64,000 bases of DNA from Felis catus (Eukaryota): NCBI RefSeq assembly GCF_018350175.1, contig NC_058383.1, positions 1,612,001 through 1,676,000 on the forward strand, written 5' to 3'. A program made the translations under genes and the position numbers. The notes beneath the pieces were generated by a model that worked only from the letters and a program-made list of their open reading frames with translations, had not been told where the DNA came from and made no database searches. Positions 1-13,205 of the stretch are shown piece after piece; the stretch's first letter is position 1; the number at the start of each line of letters is the position of its first letter.

Positions 1-1776
1 GCCAGGCCTGCAGCTGGGAGGCAGGGAACCAGTCAGAACTGTGGATGTACTGGACCCTGCAGGGGACCCTCAGGAGGGGAAGGTATTGGGGTTACTGCAG
101 CAACACCCAGGAACTGAGCTGGGGTGAGCTCTGGGCGTGGACACACTCAAGGGGCCTGGTGGGGGGCAACTGCTGAGCACAGTGAGGCCTTGCACATGCA
201 GGAGAGCCGAGGGTGGAGAGAGACCGCAGAGAGCGTGGGTGGGGGCAGGGACAGCCGAGGATCTGTAGGGGAATAGTGGAGGGTCCGGGGTGGGGGACAG
301 CAGAGGGTCGGGGGATGGTGGACAGTCTGGGGCGGGGGGGGGGGGGGGGAGAGAAACGGCCTGACAGTGCCTTTGCGGATCTCTGCTCCACAGGCGCTGT
401 CCTGTCCAGAGTGAGGGTTTGTAAGACCTGAACATCTCTGCTTACGCGCTTGACATTTAAGAAAACCGTGTGGGGTTCCCACAACGCACGAAGTGCTCGT
501 CAGGGTCTGAGTTCTTCGGAAGATCGCGGAATGACACAGGAGAGACGTTTCTGAGAGCTTGCTTAGAAATGTACAACAGACACGCGGGACCCAAGACGGC
601 CGGGGATGTGAGAAGGCAGCCGCCAGGCCGAGACGCGGTGCTGACCTCAGGACGAGGAGAGGCCGCCAGGAAGGAAGGGGGATGGAAACGAAGTCGGGGG
701 GGGGGGGGCCCACGCCGACCTGCGAGGTCGGGACCCCTCTTCCCTCGGCCTCCCGCGACCCGGCGCCTCCGGGCTTGGCCAGCACCTGTGCCAGGAAGCA
801 GCCGGGCGGGCACAGGTTTAGCGTGAGGTTCAGTTCGCGATGAAACGAGACAGGCGGGACTTCCTTTGCTACCGCGTCCTGCTCCACGTGTGCAGCTCGC
901 ACGGGTTACGGCTGCTTTACGGACCCAGAAGAGCGGGTTCTTTGTTTTTACAAACGTGGGCAGAGCCAGCTGGATGGCCCGCTTCGCACCGTGGCCACCC
1001 CGCGTGGGGACCTCCGTGCCGACCGTGGCCGCCCACAGCCATGCCGGGCCCACGTCGCCGTCTTCAAGCAAAGGGAGGGGAGGCCAGCACGGCGGTGGCG
1101 GGAACAGCCCTCCTGGTCGGCCCGGCAGCGCCCCAGTCCCGCCCCTCACGTGCGGGTGCGTCGTTCCCCGCGACCGTCCCAGTCCCGAAACCCGGACACC
1201 GCCCCGGGCCCGGACACGGGTACAGCTCCACAGGCCACATGCTGCCTCCGACTCCGAGGGGGCTCCTCTGTGGGGGCCCCCACCCTGCTGGCTTCTCCAG
1301 AAGGAGTCTGGGGCCAACACAGGCCGCCAAGTTCCCGCCCTCGCGTCTGTCTGGGGTTCCAGCCCTGGCGTCTCAGGCAGACCCGAGGGCCCGTCCCAGA
1401 GAGATCCAGCAGCTTCCGTCCCCTGTCCCGTCTGCCACACGGCACGATGGCCTTGGCCACGGTCCAGTCCTGAGGCCGCCTCCCTGGCCCAACACGGACC
1501 CTCACCCTCTTACTTCCGCCGCCCCCCGGGAACTGCTGGGGCTGGATGCCCCGGGCCTCGCTGCCCCGCCCCTCCCAGCGACGGGGCCAACACAGCACAG
1601 GCGGACGGCAGACACCCAGAGGCGGCCAGGTCGGGGCGGCCGGGGGTCAGCAGACTCCCCTGGAAGCAGCGGGCCACGCCTCCTGAGGGGAGGCCGCCAA
1701 CGCTCCCGCTCCATCGTGCACCAGGACGACCGGGCGGACGTGCTCTCCACGCCGGTGGCCGTCACCGCGGTCCTAC

Positions 1777-1967
1777 CTTGAAGATGAGGCAGTCGGCCTT
1801 GTGCTCGGCGTACATGGACGTCAGCCGGTACTGGCTCTCCGTGGTGACATCTATCTGGTAGCCCGTGAGCGCGTAGCAGACCTTCCGGAACTCCTGGATC
1901 TTTGTGTGAAAGACCTCCTTCAGCCGCTGGTTTCTCAGCTCGGCACTCTCCACCTGCTTCTTCAGCT
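1777..1967 (-). CDS. MAD1L1: MAD1L1 coding exon (human exon 18 equivalent), RLK motif and start of the C-terminal RWD-like domain
   Basis: Acceptor tgtcgcccccag|AG, donor AAG|gtagga, 191 nt. The upstream G plus AG gives Glu, then [66 protein letters not shown] is at 1918-1926. Confidence 0.97.
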
Positions 1968-2644
1968 CTGGGGGCGACAGGGGACAGGGTGAGCTTGCAA
2001 AGCCGGACCGGATGGGACGCGGGGCAGCAGCGGGGGCCAGGGAGGAGACGGGGTCCCGCCCAGGCAGAGCCCTGACGCGCGCGAGCGCGAAGCTAGGGAA
2101 CGAAGAAAACAAGCACAGGGACGGCCCGACCTTTGGGCGTGGAGTCGTTCAATTAAACGTAAATAACTCTAAAGACAGCAGTGACTCTGAAAACAGAGGG
2201 CCTCGTCCCAGCTCTGAGCCCTGATTCGACCCCCGGTCTGGCGCCTTTTCTGAAGGGTAACAGGCAACACAGAGTCCTTCCCAGGGCCGCTGAGGAGGCT
2301 TGGGTGGGGCCTGGCCCCTCACGGGCAGTCTTGGGTCTGTACCTGCTGGGGGGCTGGCCGCCCACTCACACAGGCCAGCGCTGAGAAGTGGTGAGCAGGC
2401 AGGGGGCCTTGACAGTGGATGCCCTGGGGCTTCCTGGTCACATCCCTGGGGCTCCCCCCCCAACCCACCCGCCGGAGACAAGGCCACTGCGCGCAGACAG
2501 GCCCCTGAGACCCCGCCCGCCCCCTCAAGGCTCTAACAGGACGGTTCAGGGCAGAGGCCCCAGGCCCTCCCGTCACGCCTGCCACGGTTCAGGGCCGCAC
2601 AGGAGAAACCAGCTGTGCCAAGCACAAAGCCATCAGGAGGCTAC

Positions 2645-2725
2645 ACAGCAATTATCACGAATCCTTCACCCAAGGTGCCTTCCCAGTAATTAAACCTCAG
2701 TTCTCCCCTCACTAATTAGCAAGGC
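2645..2725. promoter_or_regulatory. Candidate enhancer island (paired TAATTA sites)
   Basis: caattatc, gtaattaaa and ctaattag within ~75 bp of non-repeat sequence. Confidence 0.25.
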
Positions 2726-3717
2726 TGGCTCTCCTCAAACACCAGCCTCTGAAGCCAGGAGCTTCCTGCTGGTCCCTCTGGAGCTGACGTCGGGGAACCC
2801 CTCCAGGGCCCAGGGACATCCTGGGTGGGACGGGAGCTGTGCCGTCTAAGAGGGTGGTGGGAGACCCCAGGCCTTGGAGCCGGTCAACCCGGCTGTGACA
2901 GGGACAGGAACCCTCTTGCTCAAGCTGAAGCAAGGGGCCCGTGGCACATCCTGTGACAGTCACCAGGATGGGCCCGGGCCCGGCAACCAGAGGCTCCCTG
3001 GCAGGGCTGAGGGCAGGGAGAGAGCAGGAAAGGTCACCTCCTGGAGCAGGTGAAGGGGACGGGGGAGCCTGTCTTCCAGGGAAAGACACACAGGAGAGCC
3101 TCCACCCGTGCGCCCTTCCGGACCTGTGGCCCTGAGTGTGTGACCCTCCAGCTCCCAGGTGCGTCGGGTACACAACTGCCTGAGGAGGCGTCGCAAAGAC
3201 AAGCTGGATCCCACGGGGCCACAGCACAGTGCCGTGTGGGTTCGGGCCACACCTTGGATGGTGGGAGCTCGGTCAGCTCCAGGCACCAACACGCTCTGCA
3301 GCCGTCACAGGGCGACGCGGAGGGCGTGGGTTCTGGTTCACAAACAGGGGCTTGTGACATTCACTGCCAGGCCACGTGTGTCTGGCGTGGGGAGCGCCAT
3401 CTGCCCCAGGCCAAGCTCTCGCGGCCCCGCTGCCCCTCAGGCGCTCTGGCCGGCGCCAGGCTCCCGGACACGTATCCTGGGTCTTGTCTGTGCCTTGTAC
3501 AGCTCTGCGGGCAGCCCGGGGCCGGCCGCGTTCTTGCTCTGAACGAGGAATCTGAGACCAGGGCACGGCTCCTTCCGGCCTCCCCGCCATGCGGGTCCCT
3601 CCACCTGTCACACGCCCTGCCCTCACCTGCCCTCCATCACCACGCGGCCCTGATGGCCCCGGTGGACATCCTTCTTCCGGAGCAGAGAGCCTCTCCATCG
3701 GGACACGGGCGCGGAGC

Positions 3718-3975
3718 CCTTGATTAATCGAGTAATCAGACTACGAAATCCAAAGGGTAATTGGCGGCTCTGACCCCGTGCTCCTCCCTGAGTCTCTCGG
3801 CCAGCCCACCGAGGACGGACCCGCCAAGCGGGAGAAAAACCCATCCTGGAAGGAAAGATTCACTGACCACGTTTCTGCGGCGATAATTCACCCCTGTCAG
3901 ACTGCACTGCCTTTAATGGAGCTCAGATGCCCATTGGGAAAAATTTAATTTTGGTAATAATGCAACCTGACCTTG
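3718..3975. promoter_or_regulatory. Candidate conserved intronic enhancer (homeodomain-motif cluster)
   Basis: AT-rich island in GC-rich intron: palindrome gattaatc, taatca, taattgg, ctgtca, tttaatgg, tttaattt, taataat, tgacct. Does not look repeat-derived. Confidence 0.4.
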
Positions 3976-4204
3976 GAGAAGGTAACAGCCCCTTTGCCCA
4001 CAGATATCAAGATGCTGCCCATTACCCAGTCCACGGACTCCTACAAGTACACGGACTCAGGCAAATGCACGGGTAAGCCGCGCCCCTCCTGTCCCCCTGG
4101 GGGCTGCGGACGCCTGGGGTATGAGCTCCGCCCCCCATGTCGGGCTCCTCGCACACTCTGCCTCACCCAGTGCGGCCCCCACCACACCAGGCGGGCCCCC
4201 TGTC

Positions 4205-4340
4205 ACCCTCTGACAAGCGAGGGGAAGCTTGGATGGGGGAGTGACTTCCTCAAGGTCACACAGGCTGTCAGAGGTACGGAGGGCTCTGCTCCCCGTCTGC
4301 TTGGTGTGGGTCCTCAGGTGTGGTCACCTTAATGCAGCAC
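4205..4340 (-). mobile_element. MIR SINE relic
   Basis: gagtgacttcctcaaggtcacacagg resembles the MIR core (aagtgacttgcccaaggtcacacagc). Confidence 0.55.
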
Positions 4341-4419
4341 GTTGGGGTGGGGACGCCGTGAGCTCTCGCTGTGATTTAGGGCACAGCAAAGTCAGTGCTC
4401 TGACCTCCCCCCTATTCTG

Positions 4420-4500
4420 CCGTTCAATCGCTTACATAAACGTGAATGAATAATTCACACGATGGTTTGGATTAAATAAATAAAAGATGTGCCTTTTGCC
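4420..4500. promoter_or_regulatory. Candidate regulatory AT-rich island
   Basis: ttacataaac, tgaataattca and ggattaaataaataaaa cluster in otherwise GC-rich sequence. Confidence 0.25.
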
Positions 4501-7500
4501 TTGGAAAAGCCATTGCTCGGATGCGGCCTCTTCCCCAGAGCGAGCCGAGGCTTCCTGTGGGTGGGGTTAGGCGGCCTGCCAAGGGCCGGTGACCCCTGGG
4601 GTCCACGGTGACCCCGCTCCGCACCCACCCGCAGGCACCCGGCCATGGCCACCCACAGAGGCCATCGGGCAAGGCCGGCTCAGCACTCAAGTGGCCTCGT
4701 CGGGTCTGCGGAGAGCTCCGGGCCTGCCCGCTTCCGGACCCCTCCTGCCGTGTGCACGTCTCAGGCATCACCAGATGCCTGGGATGAGGACCTCGTGCCC
4801 AGACCCCCTCCCCTCAGGCCCGGGATCAGGCCCACGGCCGGAGGCCGCGCCGGGCCAGACTCACCCTCCGCCCCGTCCTGCCCTCTGGCGACACGGGCTA
4901 AAGGAACGTGCCCTCCTGCCACGCTCTTCTCTCTTTGGGCCACCCTGTCCGTCTTCCCCGTGGCAGCCCTGTGCAAGGCTCTCCAAGAGTCCTTGGTGAG
5001 GGACAAGGGAGGCCAACGAACAAGCGGGTGCTAGACAGAGGACCAGACAGTCGCCCAGAGCTCAGGTGTGCAGGGCGGGCAGGGGTGGTGCAGGCCAGGG
5101 GTGGACGGCAAGGTCTAGGGGCCACGCGCCTGCTTCTCAACTGGCACGCGGCCCCACGCAGGCCGGCTGGTTCCCTCCACGGCCACAGCCACATCCACGG
5201 GTGGACGGCCCCTGGATGGCTCGGACTCCCCCCACCCCCCCCCCCTCCCCATCCGTGCCCAACACCCGGCTCCTTCCGGAGTCCTAGAAGGCCGCCGGGA
5301 GAGCCCGTGGGAAGGACACGGAACAAAAATAAACTCTCCCTTACGTAAGGCTGGCAGGAGAGAGCGGAGATGGCACGATGAAGGAGCGGTTATGGGCACA
5401 TGGCTCTGGAGAGCGGTTCACAGTCTAAAATTCGGAGAAAGTCTTATCCCAGAGGAGCAGGGAGAGCAGGTGAGAGACAGACCAGTGGACGGCGGGACTC
5501 TCCCAGCAGCGAGCCTTTGCGGGGCCCCCACACGTGGCCGCGCCGGCCAGCAGAGCCCGGCCGTGCCTTCATTTCGCTCACAGCACACGCGCCTCCGGGA
5601 CTCAATTCCCCGCGTACCGGTTTGCTGGGGAAGGTGCGGGGAGCTGGAGGTTGGGGGGGGGGGGCGGCAGCTCCACCTGGGAGGTCCCGGTCGGCTCCGT
5701 GGGACCTCTGACCCAGCCTCGGGATGGAGGCAGTGACGTGCAACCCTTAGCTCTGAGCTCCTCTTGCTCCCAGGGCCTTCGAGAAGCACAAGCAGACAGG
5801 ACACGGCAGAGACACGACACGTGGCAAGATGCCAACGGCCCTCAGGAGGGCAGCCCGGGGCCTGCGGTCCACGTCTTCCCTCTCGCGTGGCCTGAGCACG
5901 CCAGTGAGGTGACTGGGTGTGACTCTGCACGGTGGCCATTCTGAGGGACAGACAGACCTCGGGCCTTACCCTGTCCCACACGCGGCAGCCTCGGCTCCAT
6001 CCCGGGACCTTTCAAGGCAATGGCTCCCTGTTAACGGGCTTCCCTGACCCACATCGTGGTCCAGAGGATTCTGAGTGTAGAATAAGCGCCATCCAGGGGA
6101 GGAGGCTGGCGCGGGGAGGGCTGGAGACCCACGCAGGGCAGAGCTGGGACCGGGATCCCAGGCCTCCCAGCACAGTCACCGAGCTCAGAGCGGCACTGGC
6201 CGCTGGGTTCTGTCCCTTGGGTTCCAGTCCTGTGCCGGGGCCCAGGTCCTCTGGACAGAATTCTAAGCTCTGAAGGGGAGACACGGTCTGAATTGAAACC
6301 CTGTCCTGCGGCCACCAGGCCTGTGCCGAGCGTCCAGGCCCGCCGCCTCTCCAGCCGCACCTGCCCTGGCTCTATTCCAGAAGCACCACTCTCCTCCCCA
6401 CCTCAGGGCCTTTACACACGCCTGGAGCAGCCCATCATGCTTCCTAGCTGACTCCCAGACTCCTCAGCTTTGAAATCACTTCTTTGGTATAGATCCGGTC
6501 TCGTGTCACATGTCCTCAGCGTACGTGACAGTGTCTGTTGCACACAACAGAGTGTCTTCAAAAGCTTCTCTGAGTAAGTTATTTTCCCCGTAGACTCCAC
6601 ACTGGCTGCAGGGAGGACTTTTTGTCCCACTGAGTTTCAAGTGCGCTTCAAGGAGGCGGGAGTACACGAAATGCCATTTCTCCAAAACCCTAAATCATAA
6701 CCCCAGAAAGGCTCTAGTCAGTGTCAACCAAAGGGAACATACATACGGGGCTTCCCCACGGACACGGCGAGTAGAACGCACGTGCTCACCCTTGAACATA
6801 CATGTTCGACCTTACCCCCCACCGCAACCACCGTGGAGGGCGGGGAGGCAGCGGCAGACAAGAGGGCGGACGAAATCTTAGAAGATGAGCGAATTCAGGA
6901 GAGGAACCGGGCCCAGCGGGCCTGGGTGAGTGGGACCTCACCGCCTGAGCGGCAGGGAGGCCGGCTGGAGCTGTGGTGGGGGGTCCGCACCAGGGAGCAG
7001 GACTCCTCCCTGCACGCCAGGTGATGGCCCTGCCCCTCCTGGAGAGGAGACAGTCCCTGCTCCCAAGGCAGGGGTGACAGGCCTCAGGGCTGCCGTGACG
7101 AATGGAACACCCCCTGATGCCTGCGCCCCCGGCCCCCGTGGACCCGGGGTCCACAAGCACGGGGCCCGGCAGGAGGTCGATCTGCGCCAGCGGCCCCTGC
7201 GGGGTCTGAACCGGCCTTCACACGCGGCTGGCGGCAGCCTTCCCGGTGCCCAGCAGACCGGCCCCAGACGGAGGCCCGCCGGCCCGGAGAACGACCCGCA
7301 GGGCGCAGTGCCTGCCTCCCGCACACGCAGGTTACGACGGAGGCTGTGGAGGAGAGGCGTCCGAGGCAGCAGCAACAACGCGCAATCCGCGGAAGCGATG
7401 CCGTTACAGACGCGCACGGAAGCGTGGACACGGACCGCGGAAGGGCCTCCCCGACAGCGCCCCACCAAAGACAGAGACAGAAAACGCCAAAGAAAAGATA

Positions 7501-7594
7501 CATCCGGAGATCCTGGGAGGGGAAACCACACAAGGGAAACCCCGGAAGTAACCGACTGGTCTCCAGGTTGGGCGGGCAGGGTGCAGGGCTATGT

Positions 7595-7765
7595 CAGACA
7601 CCCCCCAGGAAAACCCCCACCCCCCCACCCCACAGACAGACCTCCTCCCTCCCGCCCAACTCCATGGACAGAAACCCCACCCCACCCCATGGATGGACAC
7701 CTCCCACCCCGCAGACAGACCTCCTTCTTCCCACCCTGTCCCCACAGGCAAACTCTCCCACCCCA
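7595..7765. repeat. Imperfect C-rich tandem repeat
   Basis: Recurrent cccacc(c)catgga, cagacagacctcc and aaacccc motifs. Confidence 0.55.
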
Positions 7766-9339
7766 CGAATGGCTCCCGACCCCTCGTGAGGGAGGCCGGG
7801 AGGAGGACACAGGGGGCAGGGCAGCCGTGCGCTGGCCGCCGGCCGAGCCGTCAAAGGCAGGCGGCCTGGCCCCTGCAGCTGCGCTGTGTTTAAGAACTGG
7901 AAGCAGCTTTTGAAATTTCCCTTTGGGGACTCGGGACAGAGTCATTTTTCTTTCTGAAAAGTGAATAAAACCACTTAGCCAATGCTAAGGTTCTCAGGTT
8001 TAGAAAACAGGAAAAGGCACTAATATTTCACCACTTGAAAGAACAGCTCTTGGAGCCCAGGCTGAGCCGGGGTGCTCCAAGGGCACCGTGTGCCAGGCAG
8101 TGAGGGGGGACGATGGCCTGCCCGGACCCGGCTGTGGGCGAGGCTGGATGACCAGCTGTGCTCCGTCCCCGGGCGTCCCCAGCACTGCGCCCCTGTGGTC
8201 TGGAGGGGCCCAGGGGGCAGGGATGATGGCGGGCATGCCCGTGGGGTCCGCGGCCAGGGACGGCAATGGCAAGAGGCCAATCGCCCACCTCCCGATGCTC
8301 ACCGAGCTCCGCTCCATGGCCTGTCCCCTCGGGGCATCCGTGTAGAGGCGGGATGAGGGCCCTGGCTCCACGGCGGGGAGGCCGGGGCTCAGAGAGGGGG
8401 TGGGGCCGCCGTGCACCGAGGGTGGTCGGCCTCTGGGCACAGCGCTTCCTGCCCGCTGTCTCTGCCCGCACTGCCCGCTCAGGCTCTGAAGCAGGCCCTG
8501 CCGGGCACGAGGGTGGAGGAGGAGGACGCTCGGCAAACTCACCGCCCCTCGCCCTCGCCGCGCCCCCCGCCCCGGACACCGGCAGCCTCTCGGCAGCCAG
8601 ATCGAGCTTTCCAAAGCCAGGCCGGCGGGTGCCGTGGGCCGCCCTGGGCCCTCGGGTCTTCCCGAGGTCCGGAAGGGCACGACTGAGACCAGTCTGGACG
8701 GCGGACGTGGGGATGAGTGAGAGGCGGGACGGTGCCGTCATCTGCCACGAACAGGCTCTGGGGGCGCCGCGGGTCTGCAGGTCCAGGTCCTGAGTTGGGT
8801 TTTTGCCTCCTTGGGTTCAAGAGGCCGGTGACGGGGCTGAGGGAAATGACCTCTCAGTGTCCAGAGGACAGACACACGTGGGGGCAGCAGTCACACAGGT
8901 GGGAACCGAGCCAGCGAGGCCGCACGGGAACAGCTGTTGGACGTGCACGTGCTGGGTCTGGAGATGGGGCACAAAACGCGTCCCTACGTTATCTGAAGGG
9001 CACTCGGGATGAAAGCACACGTGTTCGGAGCCGGTCCTGCAGCCGAACAAAGACCAGCGAGGCGACCCGCCTCTCTGAGGTGTGCCTCGGGGACAGCTAC
9101 GTGTCAGGGTGACGCAGGGGCCCTCACACTGAGCCCGGGCCTGACCTCAGACGAGAGAACCGCACCCATGCACGCGGGGACGCCCGGCCACACAAGACCA
9201 GGCCGGGCCAAGGAGCCTGGCTGGGCCCGAGGTGTCCCTGTGGAAGCGTCCCTGGGCCAACCTGGCAGGTGCACGGGGAGGGGGCTGCAGGGGGCGCTGG
9301 CTCTGCTCAGGCCCAAAGCCGTGCCACGCCGCTGGGGCT

Positions 9340-9435
9340 GAATCATTGGCATCTCGTAACTTCTGTTTCAGTTTTACGTGTTTAAATATTTAATAATTAG
9401 GCATCAAATATTCATGCAATTTTATTAGCAACTGC
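9340..9435. promoter_or_regulatory. Candidate conserved enhancer (POU/homeodomain motifs)
   Basis: tttaaatatttaataattaggcatcaaatattcatgcaattttattagc, sharply bounded by GC-rich flanks. Confidence 0.4.
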
Positions 9436-9919
9436 GGGAGCCGGCACCACAGGGCGACGACTGTGGGTCCGGGTCCTGGTCCCCGGGGTGGGCGGTGGTG
9501 CTCACCGCCGGACCACGGCCCCAGGCAGGCCTTTCGTGGGTGCCGCGCACAAGAGCGGGTCCACCAACCCGACGCAGCACGTGCATCCTGACGGGCTCCC
9601 CCTCCTGCAGATGGCCTTCCCATCCCAAGCCCAAGCTCCAGGAGCGGGGCCCGGGAGGCTGGCAGGCACAAGGGGGGCGGAACCAGTCTGGAGATCTGCG
9701 CGTGCCTGTGCCCTGCCTGCCGGGGGGCTTTAGGTGCCCACCCCGCTCCTCGTGTGGCACTCAGGGCAGCCTGTCCGTGAGGGGGCACAGCGGACACCAC
9801 CCGCCCGCTGCCTTCGGTGACCAGCGGACAGGACCCTGCCACCCGCCCGCCATGGCCTTCTGCCATCCTAGGGAATGGTTTGCTTGAACTGCCTGGAGCC
9901 AGAGGGCCCCTGGGACAAA

Positions 9920-10190
9920 GTCTCTCCATTATGAGCCCATGTTCCCCTGCTGGGCCGGAAATTGCACGTTTTACACAAGAGAGAAGACATTCGCCCTGGA
10001 ATTATATGCAGATGAGCAGCGTGTGTGCCCACCGCCGGCTGCCTGGCAGACGCCCGCCCTGGGTAAGCTCGGTGCCAGCTTTCAAACAGGGGCATGTCTG
10101 TGTGATTAACGGCTCCCTCCACAAGCAGCCTGTCACCTTGCACAGAAATGATCTGAAAAGACACCAGCAATTACAGCCCACCAGATTACG
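9920..10190. promoter_or_regulatory. Candidate enhancer
   Basis: cattatg, aattatatgcagat (octamer-like), tgattaac, ctgtca, caattac, gattac. Confidence 0.3.
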
Positions 10191-10931
10191 GGGTGGGAGA
10201 GTCCCGGGGTGACAGGCGGGCGCTCATGTGATACCGCATTCCCGGGAAGGCTCCCTCCCCCACCGTTGAGAACAGAGAGCAGTCGAAGCCCCAGGAGACG
10301 CCCCCCCCCACCCCAGCCTCCCCACCCTGGTGCCTTTGCGGAGGGGGAGGACCAGCTGGGCCACGTGGAAGGCCACGGCTGGCCCCTCGTCCAGGCAGCT
10401 GACAGATGTGGGGTCAGGCCCCGAGGAGGTCAGCGCCTTGTTCCCGGTCACCCGACTGGGGAGCAGAGAAGCCGGACATCCAAGCCAGGACTTTGGAGCG
10501 GGGTGGATCCCCCAAGTCCAGCAGGCAGTGCCGGACTCCCGGCACCACCTCGGGCCGAGAGGTCTGGCCACAGGTGCCCGAGGGAGCCTTCGCGGCCATC
10601 CCCCCACCAGGTGCCCCTGGGGGACCCGTGTGCCTGGGGTGTGTACAGAGCTCACCATCCTCTGACTTTCTTCACTTGTTTCGTTGTTCACGGCCCGTTT
10701 TTTTCCAACTAAAGCACACCCCGCGCCCCCCCGAGGGTAGGGACTCACTGCACTAGGGCCAGCCGGCCTGCACGGGAGACCCCAGAAAAGAGCACCGGGT
10801 GGAGACCTAACACCCTCCGTGTGCACTGGCTCCTCTTAAGCCCTGGGAACACCCGAGAAACATCATTACATCCGCCTCCGTTTCACGGGTATGGACCCCG
10901 GGGGTCACACGGTTAGAAGCAGACCACCTGA

Positions 10932-11282
10932 GGCACACACTCACACATGCACATGCACACACATGCACGCACATGCACACACTCATGCACACACTCATGC
11001 GTGTGTATGCATGCATGTGCTCTCTCACACACACCACACATGCAGGCACGCGTCCACACACTCGTACACGCACACATGCATCTGCACACACACACACTCA
11101 TGCATGCGCACACACATGTGCTCTCACACACATGTGCAGGCACACGTTGACACACTCGCACACACACCCACGCATATGCACACACACACTCATGCATGCA
11201 CGCATGTGCTCTCACACACACACCACACGTGCAAGCATGCATTCCCACACTTGTGCACACACACACATCCACTCACACACAC
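10932..11282. repeat. Degenerate (CA)n/(CATG/CACG) low-complexity block
   Basis: ~350 bp of cacacac/catgcac/cacacatg repeats, mostly alternating purine-pyrimidine. Confidence 0.9.
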
Positions 11283-11534
11283 CAGCCAGAGCCTGAAACC
11301 ATCTAGAGGAGAGAGCCACCCAAGTATATCACCTCACAAACGCCGAGACGTAAACCAGAGAACACCAGTGCTTAAGCGAAGTTTCCGGCAACTTCTTTCC
11401 GCACGCACACCAGCAGGTGACCTGTCAGGCTCACTGGCAGCGATGGCCTGTGGCCACCAGGTGGGACGGCCCGTGGGTGAAGGCCAGGACGCCGGCAGCC
11501 GCGGCAGGCTCACTCCAATCCGTTCTGCGTGTCG

Positions 11535-11750
11535 TGTGCGTTATTAATCTCCGACAGCGGGCTTAGAGAAGCCGAGTTCCTGGAAGGCGAGCTTCCTCTT
11601 GGAAGAGGGAAGAGCCTCTCAGAGCTCATCTTTTATTGACAGAGTCATTTTCGAGTCAATCTGTCTGCTTTGGGCAAGACAAGACTTTAAATCTTTCTCT
11701 CTCTCCCTGCTTTCAAGATGTGGCAGTCTATTAAGACCGGCTAATGTATG
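11535..11750. promoter_or_regulatory. Candidate enhancer
   Basis: ttattaatct, ttttattgacag (TGACAG Meis-like), gagtca twice, ctattaag, ctaatg. Confidence 0.3.
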
Positions 11751-12157
11751 CGGCCAGGCCTCGAGTCTGAAAGGGAAGGCACGAAGGAGGAGGACCGAGA
11801 ACCCAGAGAGCCGAGCAGGGGTTCAGCAGGTGCAGCCGCCCACAGACCCGAGGGGAGCAGCGGGTTAGCCCTCTGGGGCTCGGACGCAGGAAGGTGGGGC
11901 ATGCGGTGAGGAGGGACTAAGTTCGAGGCGAGCAGGCGTGTAGCAGGTGCACAGCCTGGACAGGGAGGGAGTGCTCTGAGGTGGCAGGCGCCCCTCCGTC
12001 AGGGACACGCGGCAGGCAGCCAGGACCAGCGTCTGGCCCTCCTCAGGTCCGCCAGGCACGGCAGGAGCAGGGGCCTCCTGACAACAGGTGACGCGCACGG
12101 CGCGCTCCCACCACGGGAACTCCGTGGGAACTGTCGGCCTTCCCGGCCCCAGCCCCT

Positions 12158-12301
12158 CCCACCGGTGCTGCTGAGCTCTGTCTCCAGCCCGGCCCAGCCC
12201 CTCCGTGTGGGACCACCACAGGCACTGCCCCACCGGTCCTGCTGAGCTCGGTCTCCAGCCGGGCCCAGCCCCTCCGTGCGGGACCACCACAGGCACTGCC
12301 C
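12158..12301. repeat. 71-bp tandem duplication (2 copies)
   Basis: accggt(g/c)ctgctgagctc...gggaccaccacaggcactgccc starts at 12161 and again at 12232. Confidence 0.9.
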
Positions 12302-12986
12302 GTAGACGCCCTGGCGGGAGGCGAGACGAGACACCCCCAGCGGTCCCGCCTGCTCCCCTGCCCCGGGGCCCCCACACCACGGCGGGCTGGCCCACTGCGC
12401 TCTCTGCTTGGGGTCTGCGGCCTTTGTCCAGCACCGGCAGCGGGGGCTACTCCTGCCCCTACGCCCCTGAGTCGTAAGGACCCGGTGGGTCAGAGGAAGG
12501 AAGTTTCTCCAGTCAACGGACAAGTGACCAAGACAGGCTGTGGAGGGGTGTCAGCGCCTGATGCCCGGGACGAGGACCGCTGGCTCATCGGCAGGACCCT
12601 GCAGGTGCCAGTAAGTGAACTAAAGAGGCAGAGACTGTCCCGGGTGCCCGTGTCATCACATGGCTCCTCCAGCGACGAGGCAGGAGGGTGGCAGGTCTGA
12701 AGAGGACGTTCCGCTGTGGGAAGTCTGGGAGGGGCCGAGCGCCAAGGAAAGCGGCCACCGCCAGCAGCTGGAAATGCCAATGGAACAGGTTCTCCCCAGA
12801 GCCTCCGGGGGCCGGCAGCCCCTTGACGGGGGGCTTCTGACCCCCAGCGCCGTCGGAGGAGACATCTGGGGGTGCGGGTGATGCCACGGCAGCCTGAGTA
12901 CAACCTTCCTGCCCCTCAAGAGCAGCAGCAGGAACAGTTCTCAGATGAGCAGCCCAGGAACAAGGGCTTTAGAAAAGCTGCTCGGT

Positions 12987-13205
12987 TACTTATTCACCCA
13001 ACAAATAGGTGTCAAGGGTGAACCACGTGGCTGCCAGTATTCCAGGCTCGGGGCGGGCGCCGGTGTGGACGAGCAGGCAAGGATCCCAGACCTCAGGGGG
13101 TTACATCCCGACAGGGGACTCAGAGAAACACACAGGAGCGGGTGAGTGGTCTCCAGAGGTGGTAAGCGCCACGGAGAACGAGAAAGCGGGGTCGGGAAGG
13201 GGCCG
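12987..13205 (-). mobile_element. L2 LINE 3' end relic, strongly GC-shifted
   Basis: ttattcacccaacaaata...ggtaagcgccacggagaacgagaaagcgggg follows the L2 3' layout (ttcattcaacaaatattt...gataagtgctatgaagaaaataaagcagg). Confidence 0.55.

Noticed and set aside
457..1861. Overlapping 313-331 aa ORFs on both strands near the left exon
   Set aside because: Low-complexity Pro/Arg/Gly/Ala translations in several frames at once with no recognisable domain. Expected from stop-codon scarcity in very GC-rich DNA.
6930..7913. 327-aa plus-strand ORF
   Set aside because: It runs through what looks like a decayed L1 ORF1-like patch and a C-rich tandem repeat, with no protein family resemblance.
10891..11547. 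His/Thr-rich and Cys/Val-rich ORFs (also 32654-33785)
   Set aside because: Translations of CA/TG low-complexity DNA.
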